DNA of 32,000 bases from Desulfocapsa sulfexigens DSM 10523 (GCF_000341395.1 NC_020304.1:3060001-3092000), one strand, 5' to 3'; positions 17,559 to 26,388 are shown, counted from the first letter of the stretch. Notes: generated by a model from the sequence alone, not told the origin. Translations and numbers: made by a program.

Positions 17559-18491
17559 TTACTGAGGTAACGTTGAAACTGAAGTCATTGTTGCGGACAT
17601 CTCTAAAACCTGATGGTGACGTGGAATTCTTTTGGTTCGAGGAATGGCTGTCCTAAGTTTAAACGCTGAAGAATTAACCGTATCGCTTTGATTGGTTAAT
17701 GCGTGGCCATTCATAATAGTAGCTGGATGGTGATAGAGGTCACATACTTTTTCAGCTGCTCGTAAATCAGCTATGGTGTCAATTTCATACCAGCGGCTGG
17801 CATCAAAGAAAACAGGCGTAAAAGAAAGGCAGCCCTCGTTGACCATATCAGCAAATACGGTCTCATAGTAGCCATTCACCATATTTTGTGAAATTTGGTG
17901 ATCCAGTCTTTCCTTAACAAGTTGCCAGGTCTCAAATGAAAGGCTGTAAATGTTGACGGTTTTATACTGGTTTTCATTGTGTTTATGGGAACCGCAATAA
18001 AATTTTTCAATTTTCCGCTGGTTATTGATTGCTACTGTCGTACCACTCATCCAGGGATGCAAACTCGCGACCGCAATTCGGTCAGGATAAAGCATCCCTT
18101 CAAGCATTTTTGGCTCGAAAACAAGATCACTTTCTATAAGTAGGAAGGGTTCATCTATCATTTTCCGTGCAAGCCATAATGAGTAAATGTTGTTGGTTGA
18201 GTTGTAGAGGGGGCTGGTAATATAATTAATTTCCATACCTCCGGCATGGGTTCCAAGAAAATCACGGATGCAGTCAGCTTGATGGCCAACAACTATAACC
18301 AGACGTTTGAAATTGTGTAGTTGGAGGGAGTGAATCAGCCTCTCAAGAATGGATATTTCATTTACAGAAACAAGGCATTTAGGTGACGTATCGGTCAGAG
18401 GAGAAAGGCGACTACCCGTTCCCGCAGCCAATAAAAGCGCAGTACGGACTTGTTCATTCTTGAGACCGGGATTAATAGTCCTGTCCTTCAT
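17559..18491 (-). CDS. LicC-family nucleotidyl(cytidylyl)transferase with ~55-aa C-terminal extension
   Basis: LLLAAGTGSRLSPLTDTSPKCLV nucleotide-binding loop. YNSTNNIYSLW and WYEIDTIADL align by eye with S. pneumoniae LicC. The ATG at 18491 has a GAAGG RBS; the track ORF starts at an upstream TTG at 18506. Confidence 0.85.
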   Translation of the reverse strand: MKDRTINPGLKNEQVRTALLLAAGTGSRLSPLTDTSPKCLVSVNEISILERLIHSLQLHNFKRLVIVVGHQADCIRDFLGTHAGGMEINYITSPLYNSTNNIYSLWLARKMIDEPFLLIESDLVFEPKMLEGMLYPDRIAVASLHPWMSGTTVAINNQRKIEKFYCGSHKHNENQYKTVNIYSLSFETWQLVKERLDHQISQNMVNGYYETVFADMVNEGCLSFTPVFFDASRWYEIDTIADLRAAEKVCDLYHHPATIMNGHALTNQSDTVNSSAFKLRTAIPRTKRIPRHHQVLEMSATMTSVSTLPQ

Positions 18492-18926
18492 ATATATTAC
18501 CTTCAATTTTATAACCAGACCATGGCAGTGACAACAACTGACAAAAACACGATGCAGTTTAGGGGATGGAAAACTCTTATTATTTTCTGCCGAATACCTG
18601 AAATGAAAAAGTTAAAAGGCACAAAGAACTGGTAGAAAGTGAAACTGGAACAAAGAACAGGTGAAAAGAAATCTTAGAAATGAGGACTGAAAATGGGAGG
18701 TATACGAAAAAAGGGATTCAATTAGCGGAAAACTGTATGCCCAATTCGGGAAAATCAGGACCTACAATAGAGCGATAGCGCAGGTAAGTCAAGGATATTC
18801 TGTTATTTCTGAAATTTCGAAGCTGCAATATTCGGCTAACTTGCCTAATTTGTGGACATTAAAGGACAAATAAAACCTGTGCTGATTAACGTAACTGACA
18901 AAGTACTCCGTATGGAGAAATGGGTT

Positions 18927-18962
18927 GTAAAAACAAGTCATTGAGAAGATATCAATGACTTG
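18927..18962 (-). terminator. rho-independent terminator of the M15 peptidase gene
   Basis: Perfect 11-bp stem caagtcattga/tcaatgacttg with a 7-nt loop. An A5 run on the plus strand gives a U-tract on the minus strand. Confidence 0.7.
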
Positions 18963-19007
18963 AGCGATTTTCTCGGTCAAATTTCAGGAATAATAGCAAA
19001 TAGTAGT

Positions 19008-20237
19008 TCAGGTAATTTGAGACTCTCGGTTAGGAATCCACATTTGACTGGGATCGGTTTGAATATCGCTAGTAAGATTGCCAGGATCACCTACACGAAT
19101 ATGCCAGGGTTCGAAACGAACTCCAAGTTCGTTTTCCTGTCGATAGCGAAGATCTCGAAGATGGATAAAGCCTTGGGAAAAAAGGGTAACAAAAAGGGGT
19201 GTTGTTATAAACTCTTTGCGAAAATTGTAGGGTTTGAGTTTGCCATTTTTTAAGCCAATATCAAAATCATGTTGAGCGTGCCATGAATAACCTGGAGGGG
19301 CGAGTGACCTGGATGCGGCCGAGAGATTTATAAGATGGAAGCCCTTGTCGAGGACAAATTCTTTTCGTTCATTTCTCTTTAGGATTTCTGGGAGAGATTG
19401 ATTCTTGAGCATGGCAACATCAGCTTCAATTCTATTCCAGTCTTTTTTTAAATCATAGACATGGGCAAGCTGGGGTGTACCACTTTTAAGATCAAGGATC
19501 TTTACTTCACTTTGTCGTGGGACCTGAGTCAACCGGACTGCCTTCCTGAAAAAGAGACGCATCTGTTTTGGTATATTACGGATCCCGGAAGTTACCTGCA
19601 TGTCTGATTGGGAGATTGAATTGTTACCACTACTCAAGTTGTCACTGACCTGTTTTTTGATCCTGAAATATTTTTCCTGGGCCTCTCCTTTTCGAAGAAA
19701 ATTACCGTCTGTTAAGATCAGGTTTTTCGGGTTTATCCGGTAATTCTTGTCGTAAATAACTCGTTCACCATAAAAACCATACGCTTTAGCATCGATCGCA
19801 AATATCTGATCCATGAACTGTTCTTCAAGTTTTGTGAATGGCAGGGTTCTTTCTGGTTTTCCTCCTAAATGTCTTCCTGTATTTCGCTGTTGTCGTGCTG
19901 CATAGGCGACTGTGGGCAAATCAATAAAATTGAAATTGGAGTACCCAACTAGATTCTGTACTTTGCTTAATTTGTTGTAACAAGAATAAATAAGAACCAT
20001 CTGCTCCGGAGTTGCCCAGACATCACCAGGATAGTTTGTGTCCGGATCTTTAATTTTTCTCAACCCGGACAACATTTTTTTATAAATGGCAGCCCGTTGC
20101 TCATCTTCTGATTGACCAAAACAATGTTTGGAATCCAGGAAAAGAGAACTGACCGTTGCCAGGCAGGAAAGTGAAAGAAAGGTTCTTCTATTGAAAGGTT
20201 CTGAAGATGTGTGAGAGAGAAATGATAGAATATCCAT
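19008..20237 (-). CDS. Tat-signal peptidase M15 (VanY-like D,D- or L,D-carboxypeptidase) family protein
   Basis: Twin-arginine motif NRRTFLSL followed by a hydrophobic stretch. VanY-like motifs in order: SGIRN...Q, PGYSWHAQHDFDIG (SxH...D) and FEPWHIRVG. Confidence 0.7.
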   Translation of the reverse strand: MDILSFLSHTSSEPFNRRTFLSLSCLATVSSLFLDSKHCFGQSEDEQRAAIYKKMLSGLRKIKDPDTNYPGDVWATPEQMVLIYSCYNKLSKVQNLVGYSNFNFIDLPTVAYAARQQRNTGRHLGGKPERTLPFTKLEEQFMDQIFAIDAKAYGFYGERVIYDKNYRINPKNLILTDGNFLRKGEAQEKYFRIKKQVSDNLSSGNNSISQSDMQVTSGIRNIPKQMRLFFRKAVRLTQVPRQSEVKILDLKSGTPQLAHVYDLKKDWNRIEADVAMLKNQSLPEILKRNERKEFVLDKGFHLINLSAASRSLAPPGYSWHAQHDFDIGLKNGKLKPYNFRKEFITTPLFVTLFSQGFIHLRDLRYRQENELGVRFEPWHIRVGDPGNLTSDIQTDPSQMWIPNRESQIT

Positions 20238-20570
20238 GATCTATTCTTTTAAGTTCTGTTCGATGCTGACACGTTTTAATAATATATATTATCATTATTG
20301 TGGGGTGACGTCAATTTATTGCAATCCTATGAACTGTTTCATAGTATCGGTAATCTCATGGGAAATGTTAATAGAAAGAATTGGGATTTTTTTAACGGAT
20401 TAAGATTTTAAGAGTAGGAAGGACACTTGTTAACTGGTTGATTAGGGCAGTAAATTTTACAGAGATTGTTATACTGCACTGTTCAACCAATTGAAGACGC
20501 GGCAACAGTAAACTGAGCCCCTCTTTTTTTGAACTTTTTTGGAAGGGGTATGTAAGGGGGGCTGGGAAAT

Positions 20571-20607
20571 GAAAAAGGCTTTCAAAGTCCAGTAACCTTG
20601 AAAGCCT
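20571..20607 (-). terminator. rho-independent terminator after tRNA-Leu(UAA)
   Basis: Perfect 10-bp stem aggctttcaa/ttgaaagcct with a 12-nt loop. The A5 run on the plus strand gives a U-tract on the minus strand. Confidence 0.7.
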
Positions 20608-20617
20608 TTGATATCAA

Positions 20618-20705
20618 TGGTGCCCGAAGCGAGAATCGAACTCGCACAGCTGCAAGAGCCGAGGGATTTTAAGTCCCTTGCGTCTACCAGTTCCGCCATT
20701 CGGGC
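20618..20705 (-). tRNA. tRNA-Leu (anticodon UAA), CCA encoded
   Basis: The minus-strand sequence gcccgaatggcggaactggtagacgcaagggacttaaaatccct... folds as a cloverleaf with a 7-bp acceptor stem, anticodon loop cuUAAaa, a long variable arm and GTTCGAATC in the T-loop. Confidence 0.92.
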
Positions 20706-20715
20706 ACGTGGTTGT

Positions 20716-20744
20716 TTGTAACATAGAGCCGATTTGTTTGTCAA
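20716..20744 (-). promoter_or_regulatory. candidate promoter for tRNA-Leu(UAA)
   Basis: On the minus strand: a perfect TTGACA, a 17-nt spacer, then a weak -10 (TTACAA) ending 8 nt before the mature tRNA 5' end. Motif match only. Confidence 0.3.
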
Positions 20745-20759
20745 TTATCAAAAGGTTTG

Positions 20760-21962
20760 CTAATAGATCATTGATGCATCGTGAACGATTTGTTTCATTT
20801 CCCTTACCGCTTGGTCAAGCCCCACAAAAACAGCACGTGCAATAATAGCATGGCCTATGGAGAGTTCCTCGATGGTGTCAAGTGCAGCTATTCGAGCCGT
20901 GGTCTGGTAATCGAGCCCGTGTCCCGCATTCACTCTTAGTCCCATCTGGTAGGCTTCTTCAGCTGCAGTTGCGATAAGCTGGTATTCTTTTTCCCGATCG
21001 GTTTCGGTGGTGGCATCGCAGTAACGTCCTGTGTGAATTTCCACGTAAGTGGCCCCGATTGAATGGGCTGCTTTTACCTGCTTAACATCAGGATCTATAA
21101 AAAGTGAAACCGGAATTCCAGCATTATCCATACGTTTTATTGTTTTGGCCAATTTCTTTTTTTGACCGACAACATCCAAACCGCCTTCAGTCGTGAGTTC
21201 TTGACGTTTTTCAGGAACCAGGGTTACCATGTCAGGTTTGAGGGAAATGGCTATCTCAATAATTTCTTTATTTGCGCCCATTTCCAGATTCATTCGGGTT
21301 TTTATGGTCTCCCGAAGCAGGCGAACATCACGATCATTGATGTGGCGTCTGTCTTCACGCAAATGAACCACGATTCCGGCTGCACCTGCAAGTTCACATA
21401 TGGCGGCAGCTGCAACAGGATCCGGCTCTGTTATACCACGAGCATTACGAACGGTTGCAACATGATCGACATTGATTGCTAAATTGGTCATTTGACTACT
21501 CCTGGAATTATGTAATTGGGAAATAAGTTTTTTTTCAAGTTCCCACATGGCAAAGGCCTCGTCTTCAGAACGCTCATGGTCGTATCCGAGAAGGTGGAGG
21601 AGACCATGTGTGAGAAGCCATGTAAGGCGGTCATGAAGGGAGACATCAAGCTCAACTGCTTCCCTCTGGGCAGTTTCGACTGAGATAATAATGTCGCCAA
21701 GTTCTTTTACGGAGGCGACATAGGGGATATCAATTTGATCATTTCCGGAGGAGAAGGGAAAGGAAAGAACATTGGTTGGCCCCTGTTTGTCACGATAATT
21801 GCTGTTCAGCCAGCTGATTTCTTCATCATCGACAAACAGAACAGAAACATCATAATCGGAAACACGATTTTGGCGCATAAGCCATGATGCGCGTCGTTGC
21901 AGGAGTTTTTCGTTTATCCGAAAAAGTGAGGTGTCATAATTAAAAGTAAAATGGGCGCCCAT
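20760..21962 (-). CDS. ybeY-pdxJ: in-frame YbeY (rRNA maturation endoribonuclease) - PdxJ (pyridoxine 5'-phosphate synthase) fusion ORF
   Basis: Residues 1 to ~150 carry the YbeY zinc motif HGLLHLLGYDH. Residues 158-400 are a full-length PdxJ (MTNLAINVDHVATVRNARG, HLREDRRHI, EIHTG, NAGHGL). No stop codon separates the two parts. The internal ATG at 21489-21491 is preceded by AGGAG. Confidence 0.85.
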   Translation of the reverse strand: MGAHFTFNYDTSLFRINEKLLQRRASWLMRQNRVSDYDVSVLFVDDEEISWLNSNYRDKQGPTNVLSFPFSSGNDQIDIPYVASVKELGDIIISVETAQREAVELDVSLHDRLTWLLTHGLLHLLGYDHERSEDEAFAMWELEKKLISQLHNSRSSQMTNLAINVDHVATVRNARGITEPDPVAAAAICELAGAAGIVVHLREDRRHINDRDVRLLRETIKTRMNLEMGANKEIIEIAISLKPDMVTLVPEKRQELTTEGGLDVVGQKKKLAKTIKRMDNAGIPVSLFIDPDVKQVKAAHSIGATYVEIHTGRYCDATTETDREKEYQLIATAAEEAYQMGLRVNAGHGLDYQTTARIAALDTIEELSIGHAIIARAVFVGLDQAVREMKQIVHDASMIY

Positions 21963-21972
21963 GATTTACTGT

Positions 21973-22941
21973 TTATTTGTTTTTTGAATGGGTTTCATAG
22001 GCACCAATAATTTTCTGAACAAGAGGGTGCCGTACCACATCCTGTTTTGAGAAATTGCAGAACTGAATCCCTTCAATGTTTTTAAGAATACCCTTGGCAT
22101 GGATCAATCCGGATTGCTCAGAGCGTGGTAGGTCAACCTGAGTAACATCGCCGGTGATAACGGCTGCTGAGTCAAAACCTATCCGAGTGAGAAACATCTT
22201 CATCTGTTCCCGGGTGGTGTTTTGCGCTTCATCGAGAATAATAAAAGCGTCGTTCAAGGTTCTGCCACGCATAAATGCAAGTGGTGCAATCTCAATAATT
22301 CCCTGCTCAATGTAATCGGCACTTTTGTCAGGGCCAAGCATATCGCTTAGGGCGTCATAAAGAGGACGTAGATAAGGGTTTACCTTCTGGGCAAGGTCAC
22401 CAGGAAGAAAACCGAGTTTTTCTCCAGCTTCAACTGCCGGGCGTGTCAGGATGATTGATCGAACCTGTCCCGTGGTCAGTGCTGAGACTGCCATTGCAAC
22501 AGCAAGATAGGTCTTGCCTGTTCCAGCAGGGCCAATCCCGAAAACAACGTCGTTGTGGCGGATGGCGTCTATGTAATTTTTCTGGTTCTGGGTTTTGGGC
22601 GAAATAATACGGTTCTGAGCAGTAATATATACCTTGTCTAAAAATATTTTAGCAAGTTTTGCCTTTGGGCTTGCTTCGAGAACACGCAGGCCAAAGGCAA
22701 AGTCGGAAGAATATATTTTGAAATCTTTTTTGAGAAGATCGTAGAACTGTTCGAGGAGGTCGGCTGTAAGGTCAACCTCATGTCCGAGGCCGGTGATATG
22801 AACACCATTCCCCCGGACATGAATTTTGACACCGATGTTTTGTTCAACTAACTGGAGATTTTTATTTAATTCTCCATACAGGATGACAGCCAGACTGTTA
22901 TCCGGAAAGGTGAGATCCCTGCTGGTTTTTTTTTCTGCCAT
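21973..22941 (-). CDS. phoH: PhoH-family ATPase (YbeZ-like)
   Basis: Walker A GPAGTGKTYLAVAMAV and Walker B FIILDEAQN. The conserved phoH-ybeY gene order supports the call. Confidence 0.92.
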   Translation of the reverse strand: MAEKKTSRDLTFPDNSLAVILYGELNKNLQLVEQNIGVKIHVRGNGVHITGLGHEVDLTADLLEQFYDLLKKDFKIYSSDFAFGLRVLEASPKAKLAKIFLDKVYITAQNRIISPKTQNQKNYIDAIRHNDVVFGIGPAGTGKTYLAVAMAVSALTTGQVRSIILTRPAVEAGEKLGFLPGDLAQKVNPYLRPLYDALSDMLGPDKSADYIEQGIIEIAPLAFMRGRTLNDAFIILDEAQNTTREQMKMFLTRIGFDSAAVITGDVTQVDLPRSEQSGLIHAKGILKNIEGIQFCNFSKQDVVRHPLVQKIIGAYETHSKNK

Positions 22942-22944
22942 CTT

Positions 22945-23829
22945 TCAGTCGGCCTTCTGGGCAAGTTCCTCATCGATAAGTTTCTGGAGTTGTTGTATTA
23001 CGGCTGGTTCTTCCTTACGCTTAAACTTTACACCATTGACAAAAATCGTGGGTGTTCCAGTGACACCAAGTTCCTGAGCGTCCACGAGATCCTCGTTAAC
23101 CTTCTGTTCAATTGCTTCAGATGCCATATCTTTTTTGAATTTGTCTATATCCAGTTCGAGTTTTTTGGCTATCTGGAGGATAGTCGCCGGGTCAAGCTTT
23201 GGGGCGTTATCAAAAAGTTCATCATGAAACTCCCAGAACTTTCCCTGTTCTCCTGCAGCCAGAGCGGCGTAAGCTGCTGGTTTGGCAAATTTATGCATCC
23301 TGAGAGGCATGTTCTTCAGTACTATTTTTACTGTGTCCGGGTTATGCTCAAGCACCTGCTCGAGTAGCGGCGCTATCTGGCCGCAATAGGGGCACTCGAA
23401 ATCAGTAAAAAGAGCAATTGTTACCGGTGCGTTTTCTTTTCCAAGGTAGGGGGATCCAGTGGTATTAACTTTTACCACAAAATCAACTGAAAGATCGGTA
23501 AAGCTGTTGTCTTTTTCGTTAACAAGGTAAAGCTTTTCGCCACGTGGTGCTATGTCGATGGCAGAAACACCTTTTTTAACATTGATTATTCCAAGAAGTT
23601 CACCTGCTACGGCATAGACTAAAACCTGGTTCTGGTTGGTAAGTATAAAAACTTTCCGACCATCGAGTGAGTACACAATGTCAAGTGGTTTACTCGGGAG
23701 TTTCCATGTGTTTTCGACCTCTAGCAGAACCTTTGAGGTTCGCCCGGTTTCAGTAGTAGCAAACACCGGAGAGGTGGAAAGGGAAATCATCAACATGGTA
23801 CAGGCTGCAATACACTGTTTATAATTCAT
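22945..23829 (-). CDS. secreted DsbA-family thiol:disulfide oxidoreductase with N-terminal beta-propeller-repeat-like region
   Basis: Signal peptide (MISLSTSPVFA). CPYC active site in the context FTDFECPYCGQ. C-terminal GVTGTPTIFVNG, the cis-Pro loop region typical of the DsbA/thioredoxin fold. Confidence 0.85.
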   Translation of the reverse strand: MNYKQCIAACTMLMISLSTSPVFATTETGRTSKVLLEVENTWKLPSKPLDIVYSLDGRKVFILTNQNQVLVYAVAGELLGIINVKKGVSAIDIAPRGEKLYLVNEKDNSFTDLSVDFVVKVNTTGSPYLGKENAPVTIALFTDFECPYCGQIAPLLEQVLEHNPDTVKIVLKNMPLRMHKFAKPAAYAALAAGEQGKFWEFHDELFDNAPKLDPATILQIAKKLELDIDKFKKDMASEAIEQKVNEDLVDAQELGVTGTPTIFVNGVKFKRKEEPAVIQQLQKLIDEELAQKAD

Positions 23830-24159
23830 TCTTTCCTCAAGTTAAGGGTAATTGAAAAGGTCAACTTCAGTAGCCAGTATCTATGGTGCCACATTTGAAG
23901 CCGGCTGTCAGATAAAGGGTTGCAAGGGAAAAAACAAAAAGTTTTTCCCAACGCACAAAGATAATAGCCTCTGATAGTTTGTTTGGCAAGCTTCAGGTAA
24001 GGCCTTAGTGAACCATTTACTAAAAAAAACACTAAGAAAAGCTGATTTTTTGTTTTATAGTGCGTATCGGTCTTGACTGTATGCTGGATGTGAATTAATT
24101 ACTAACGGATTGTCAAATTCTTCTTTGATGAATTTTATCAGACCATTCAGTATTGAAAT

Positions 24160-24243
24160 GCGAGGGTGGCGGAATTGGTAGACGCACTGGTCTTAGGAAC
24201 CAGCGCCTTTGGCATGGGGGTTCGAGTCCCCCCTCTCGCACCA
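24160..24243 (+). tRNA. tRNA-Leu (anticodon UAG), CCA encoded
   Basis: gcgagggtggcggaattggtagacgc...ctTAGga... with a long variable arm, GGTTCGAGTCC T-arm and a 7-bp acceptor stem (one G-U pair). Confidence 0.92.
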
Positions 24244-24348
24244 TTTCATGTTGAACCGAATCTTGTGATTCAAAACATACTAAAAATACAAAAAGTGTTC
24301 TGACTGTAAAATCATAGTCAGGCTAAAATCTTATAAAGGACGGACAGA

Positions 24349-25686
24349 ATGGATGTAGTTGTAGAAGATGTCAGTGCGCTTACAAAGAAAATCACCATTA
24401 CTCTCCCAAAAGACGGGGTGCAGAAAAAACTTGAAAAAGCCTATGGTAAATTGCAGCGCGAAACGAAAATGAAAGGGTTTCGTCGCGGCAAGGTTCCCCG
24501 TACTGTTATAGTTAAACACTATCAGGGGCAGGTACAGGCAGAAGTTGGAGAGAAGCTTGTTCAGGATAGTTATTTTGATGCTATTGAAAAAGAGAAAATT
24601 GATCCTGTTGTACATCCCGAAATTACCGATCCTGTTTTTAATGAGGATGGAACATTCACATTTGTTGCAAGTATAGATATCAGGCCGGACTTCGAGCTTG
24701 GCGAATATAAGGGAATAGAGGTAGAAAAAGTCTCCAATGTGGTAAGTGATGCTGCAGTTGAGATTGAACTCGAAGAGCTTCGCCGTGATATGGCGCCACT
24801 TAAGAGCGTTGAAGACCGTGCCATCGAGAATGGTGATGTTATCGTTGTTGATTTCGAAGGATTCAACAACGGTAAGGCTATGAAAGAGGTCAAAAACGAA
24901 AATTATTCAGTTGATGTCGGAGCAGGAAAGTTAAGTCCCGAATTTGAAGAGAAACTTCTCGGCATGAAAAAGGGCGAAGAAGCCAGTCACGAAGTTGAAT
25001 TTCCTGCTGAATATGTAAATCCTGTGCTGGCTGGGAAAAAGGTTGAGTTTCGGGTCAAGGTTAAAGATGTCAAAGAGCGTGTGCTCCCTGAGTTGGATGA
25101 TAATTTTGCCAAGGATGTAGATGAAAAGTTCACAAGTCTTGCTGAACTGCAGAGTGATATCCGTGCTAAACTCCAGGCTGAAAAAGACAAGCGTGCAGAG
25201 GGTGATACTACTGATAGGGTAATGCTGAAGTTACTCGAAGGCCATGTCTTTGAAGTTCCTGAGCGACTCGTTCGTTTTGAAGTTGAAGAAATGATAAAAA
25301 ATACCGAAAAGACTCTTGAACAACAGGGTATGAATCTTGAGTCTGCGGGGATTAATCGTGAGGAGCTTGCTGCACAAAGCAAAGAAACGGCTGAGAAGCG
25401 TGTGCGCGGCGATTTTATCCTGAAGAAGATCGCAGAAACTGAAGACATCAAAGTAAAAGATGAGGATTTGAACAGGGCTTTTCAACGTATCGGCGATCAA
25501 TACAATATGGCGGTTGCTCAGGTTAAGGAGTTTTTTCAGAGTCGCGACGATTTGCTCCCTTTCATGAATGAAATTCTCAATGAGAAGATTCTTACTTTTT
25601 TGCGTGAGAATGCAAATTTTGTTGATGCGGCACCTGCAGCTAAGGAAGTAGCTGTGGAAGAGGTCAAAACAGAAAGTGCCGACTGA
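24349..25686 (+). CDS. tig: trigger factor
   Basis: 445 aa with the ribosome-binding signature GFRRGKVP near the N-terminus and a central FKBP-type PPIase region. Lies in the conserved tig-clpP-clpX-lon order. Confidence 0.95.
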   Translation: MDVVVEDVSALTKKITITLPKDGVQKKLEKAYGKLQRETKMKGFRRGKVPRTVIVKHYQGQVQAEVGEKLVQDSYFDAIEKEKIDPVVHPEITDPVFNEDGTFTFVASIDIRPDFELGEYKGIEVEKVSNVVSDAAVEIELEELRRDMAPLKSVEDRAIENGDVIVVDFEGFNNGKAMKEVKNENYSVDVGAGKLSPEFEEKLLGMKKGEEASHEVEFPAEYVNPVLAGKKVEFRVKVKDVKERVLPELDDNFAKDVDEKFTSLAELQSDIRAKLQAEKDKRAEGDTTDRVMLKLLEGHVFEVPERLVRFEVEEMIKNTEKTLEQQGMNLESAGINREELAAQSKETAEKRVRGDFILKKIAETEDIKVKDEDLNRAFQRIGDQYNMAVAQVKEFFQSRDDLLPFMNEILNEKILTFLRENANFVDAAPAAKEVAVEEVKTESAD

Positions 25687-25730
25687 TAGCTCAGGAGAAA
25701 AAACTGTTTGTGACACGTTTTAATTTATGC

Positions 25731-25770
25731 GACTGCATCTGCCTCTGAGGCATTTGCAGTCTCTTTTTTT
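25731..25770 (+). terminator. rho-independent terminator after tig
   Basis: Stem gactgca/tgcagtc with an inner gcctc/gaggc pairing, followed by T8. Confidence 0.7.
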
Positions 25771-25784
25771 TGAAGGAGAGTAAT

Positions 25785-26387
25785 ATGAATCTTGTACCTA
25801 TGGTTGTTGAGCAGAGTCCTCGTGGTGAGCGTTCCTTTGATATTTATTCAAGGTTACTGAGAGAGCGGATTGTTTTCCTTGGAACTTCTGTCGGAGATGA
25901 CGTTACCAGCTCCATTGTTGCCCAGCTGCTCTTCCTTGAAGCCGAGGATCCCGATAAAGATATCACCTTTTATATCAATTCACCTGGCGGATCTGTTACT
26001 GCAGGACTGGCTATCTATGATACCATGCAATACGTTAAATGTGATATTGCAACCCTCTGTATGGGACAGGCCGCCTCTATGGGGGCGTTGCTCCTTGCTG
26101 CAGGTACCGCTGGGAAACGTTATGCCCTCCCAAATTCAAGGATTATGATTCACCAGCCAATGGGCGGGTATCAGGGGCAGGCAAGTGAAATTGATATTCA
26201 CGCTCAGGAAATTCTCCGGATGCGTGACGACCTGAATAAAATCTTAGCTTATCATACTGGGCATACAGTCAAAAAACTCCAAAAGGACACAGATCGTGAT
26301 AATTTCATGAGCCCGCTGGAAGCCCAAAAATATGGTATAATTGACGAAGTACTTAGCAAACGAAAGGACAAACCCGAGGACGAGTAA
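25785..26387 (+). CDS. clpP: ATP-dependent Clp protease proteolytic subunit
   Basis: ATG at 25785 after a GGAGAG RBS. Catalytic Ser context GQAASMGA, His context MIHQP, and Asp in DTDRD. Confidence 0.95.
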   Translation: MNLVPMVVEQSPRGERSFDIYSRLLRERIVFLGTSVGDDVTSSIVAQLLFLEAEDPDKDITFYINSPGGSVTAGLAIYDTMQYVKCDIATLCMGQAASMGALLLAAGTAGKRYALPNSRIMIHQPMGGYQGQASEIDIHAQEILRMRDDLNKILAYHTGHTVKKLQKDTDRDNFMSPLEAQKYGIIDEVLSKRKDKPEDE

Positions 26388-26388
26388 T

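Noticed and set aside
18789-19253. Small ORFs at 18789-18980 (minus) and 18960-19253 (plus)
   Set aside because: One lies across the terminator hairpin in non-coding DNA and the other is antisense to the 3' end of the M15 peptidase gene. Neither has an RBS or recognisable similarity.
20469-20744. 91-aa ORF overlapping tRNA-Leu(UAA); the 66-aa ORF at 30246-30446 overlapping tRNA-Val/Asp is the same case
   Set aside because: The translations (…AELVDARDLKS…, …TGLEPATPGVTGRYSNQLNY…) are the classic artefact of reading through tRNA genes.
23826-24032. 68-aa minus-strand ORF upstream of the dsbA-like gene; the 90-aa ORF at 30921-31193 is the same case
   Set aside because: Both lie in AT-rich promoter or intergenic sequence, or overlap the 3' end of the LysR gene. 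They have no RBS and a low-complexity, atypical composition.
24570-25716. Three long antisense ORFs (107, 154 and 161 aa) inside tig
   Set aside because: These are shadow ORFs produced by the Lys/Glu-rich GAA/AAG codon bias of tig. Their translations are Ser/Phe-rich and low-complexity, they lack RBSs, and they are fully contained in a high-confidence gene.
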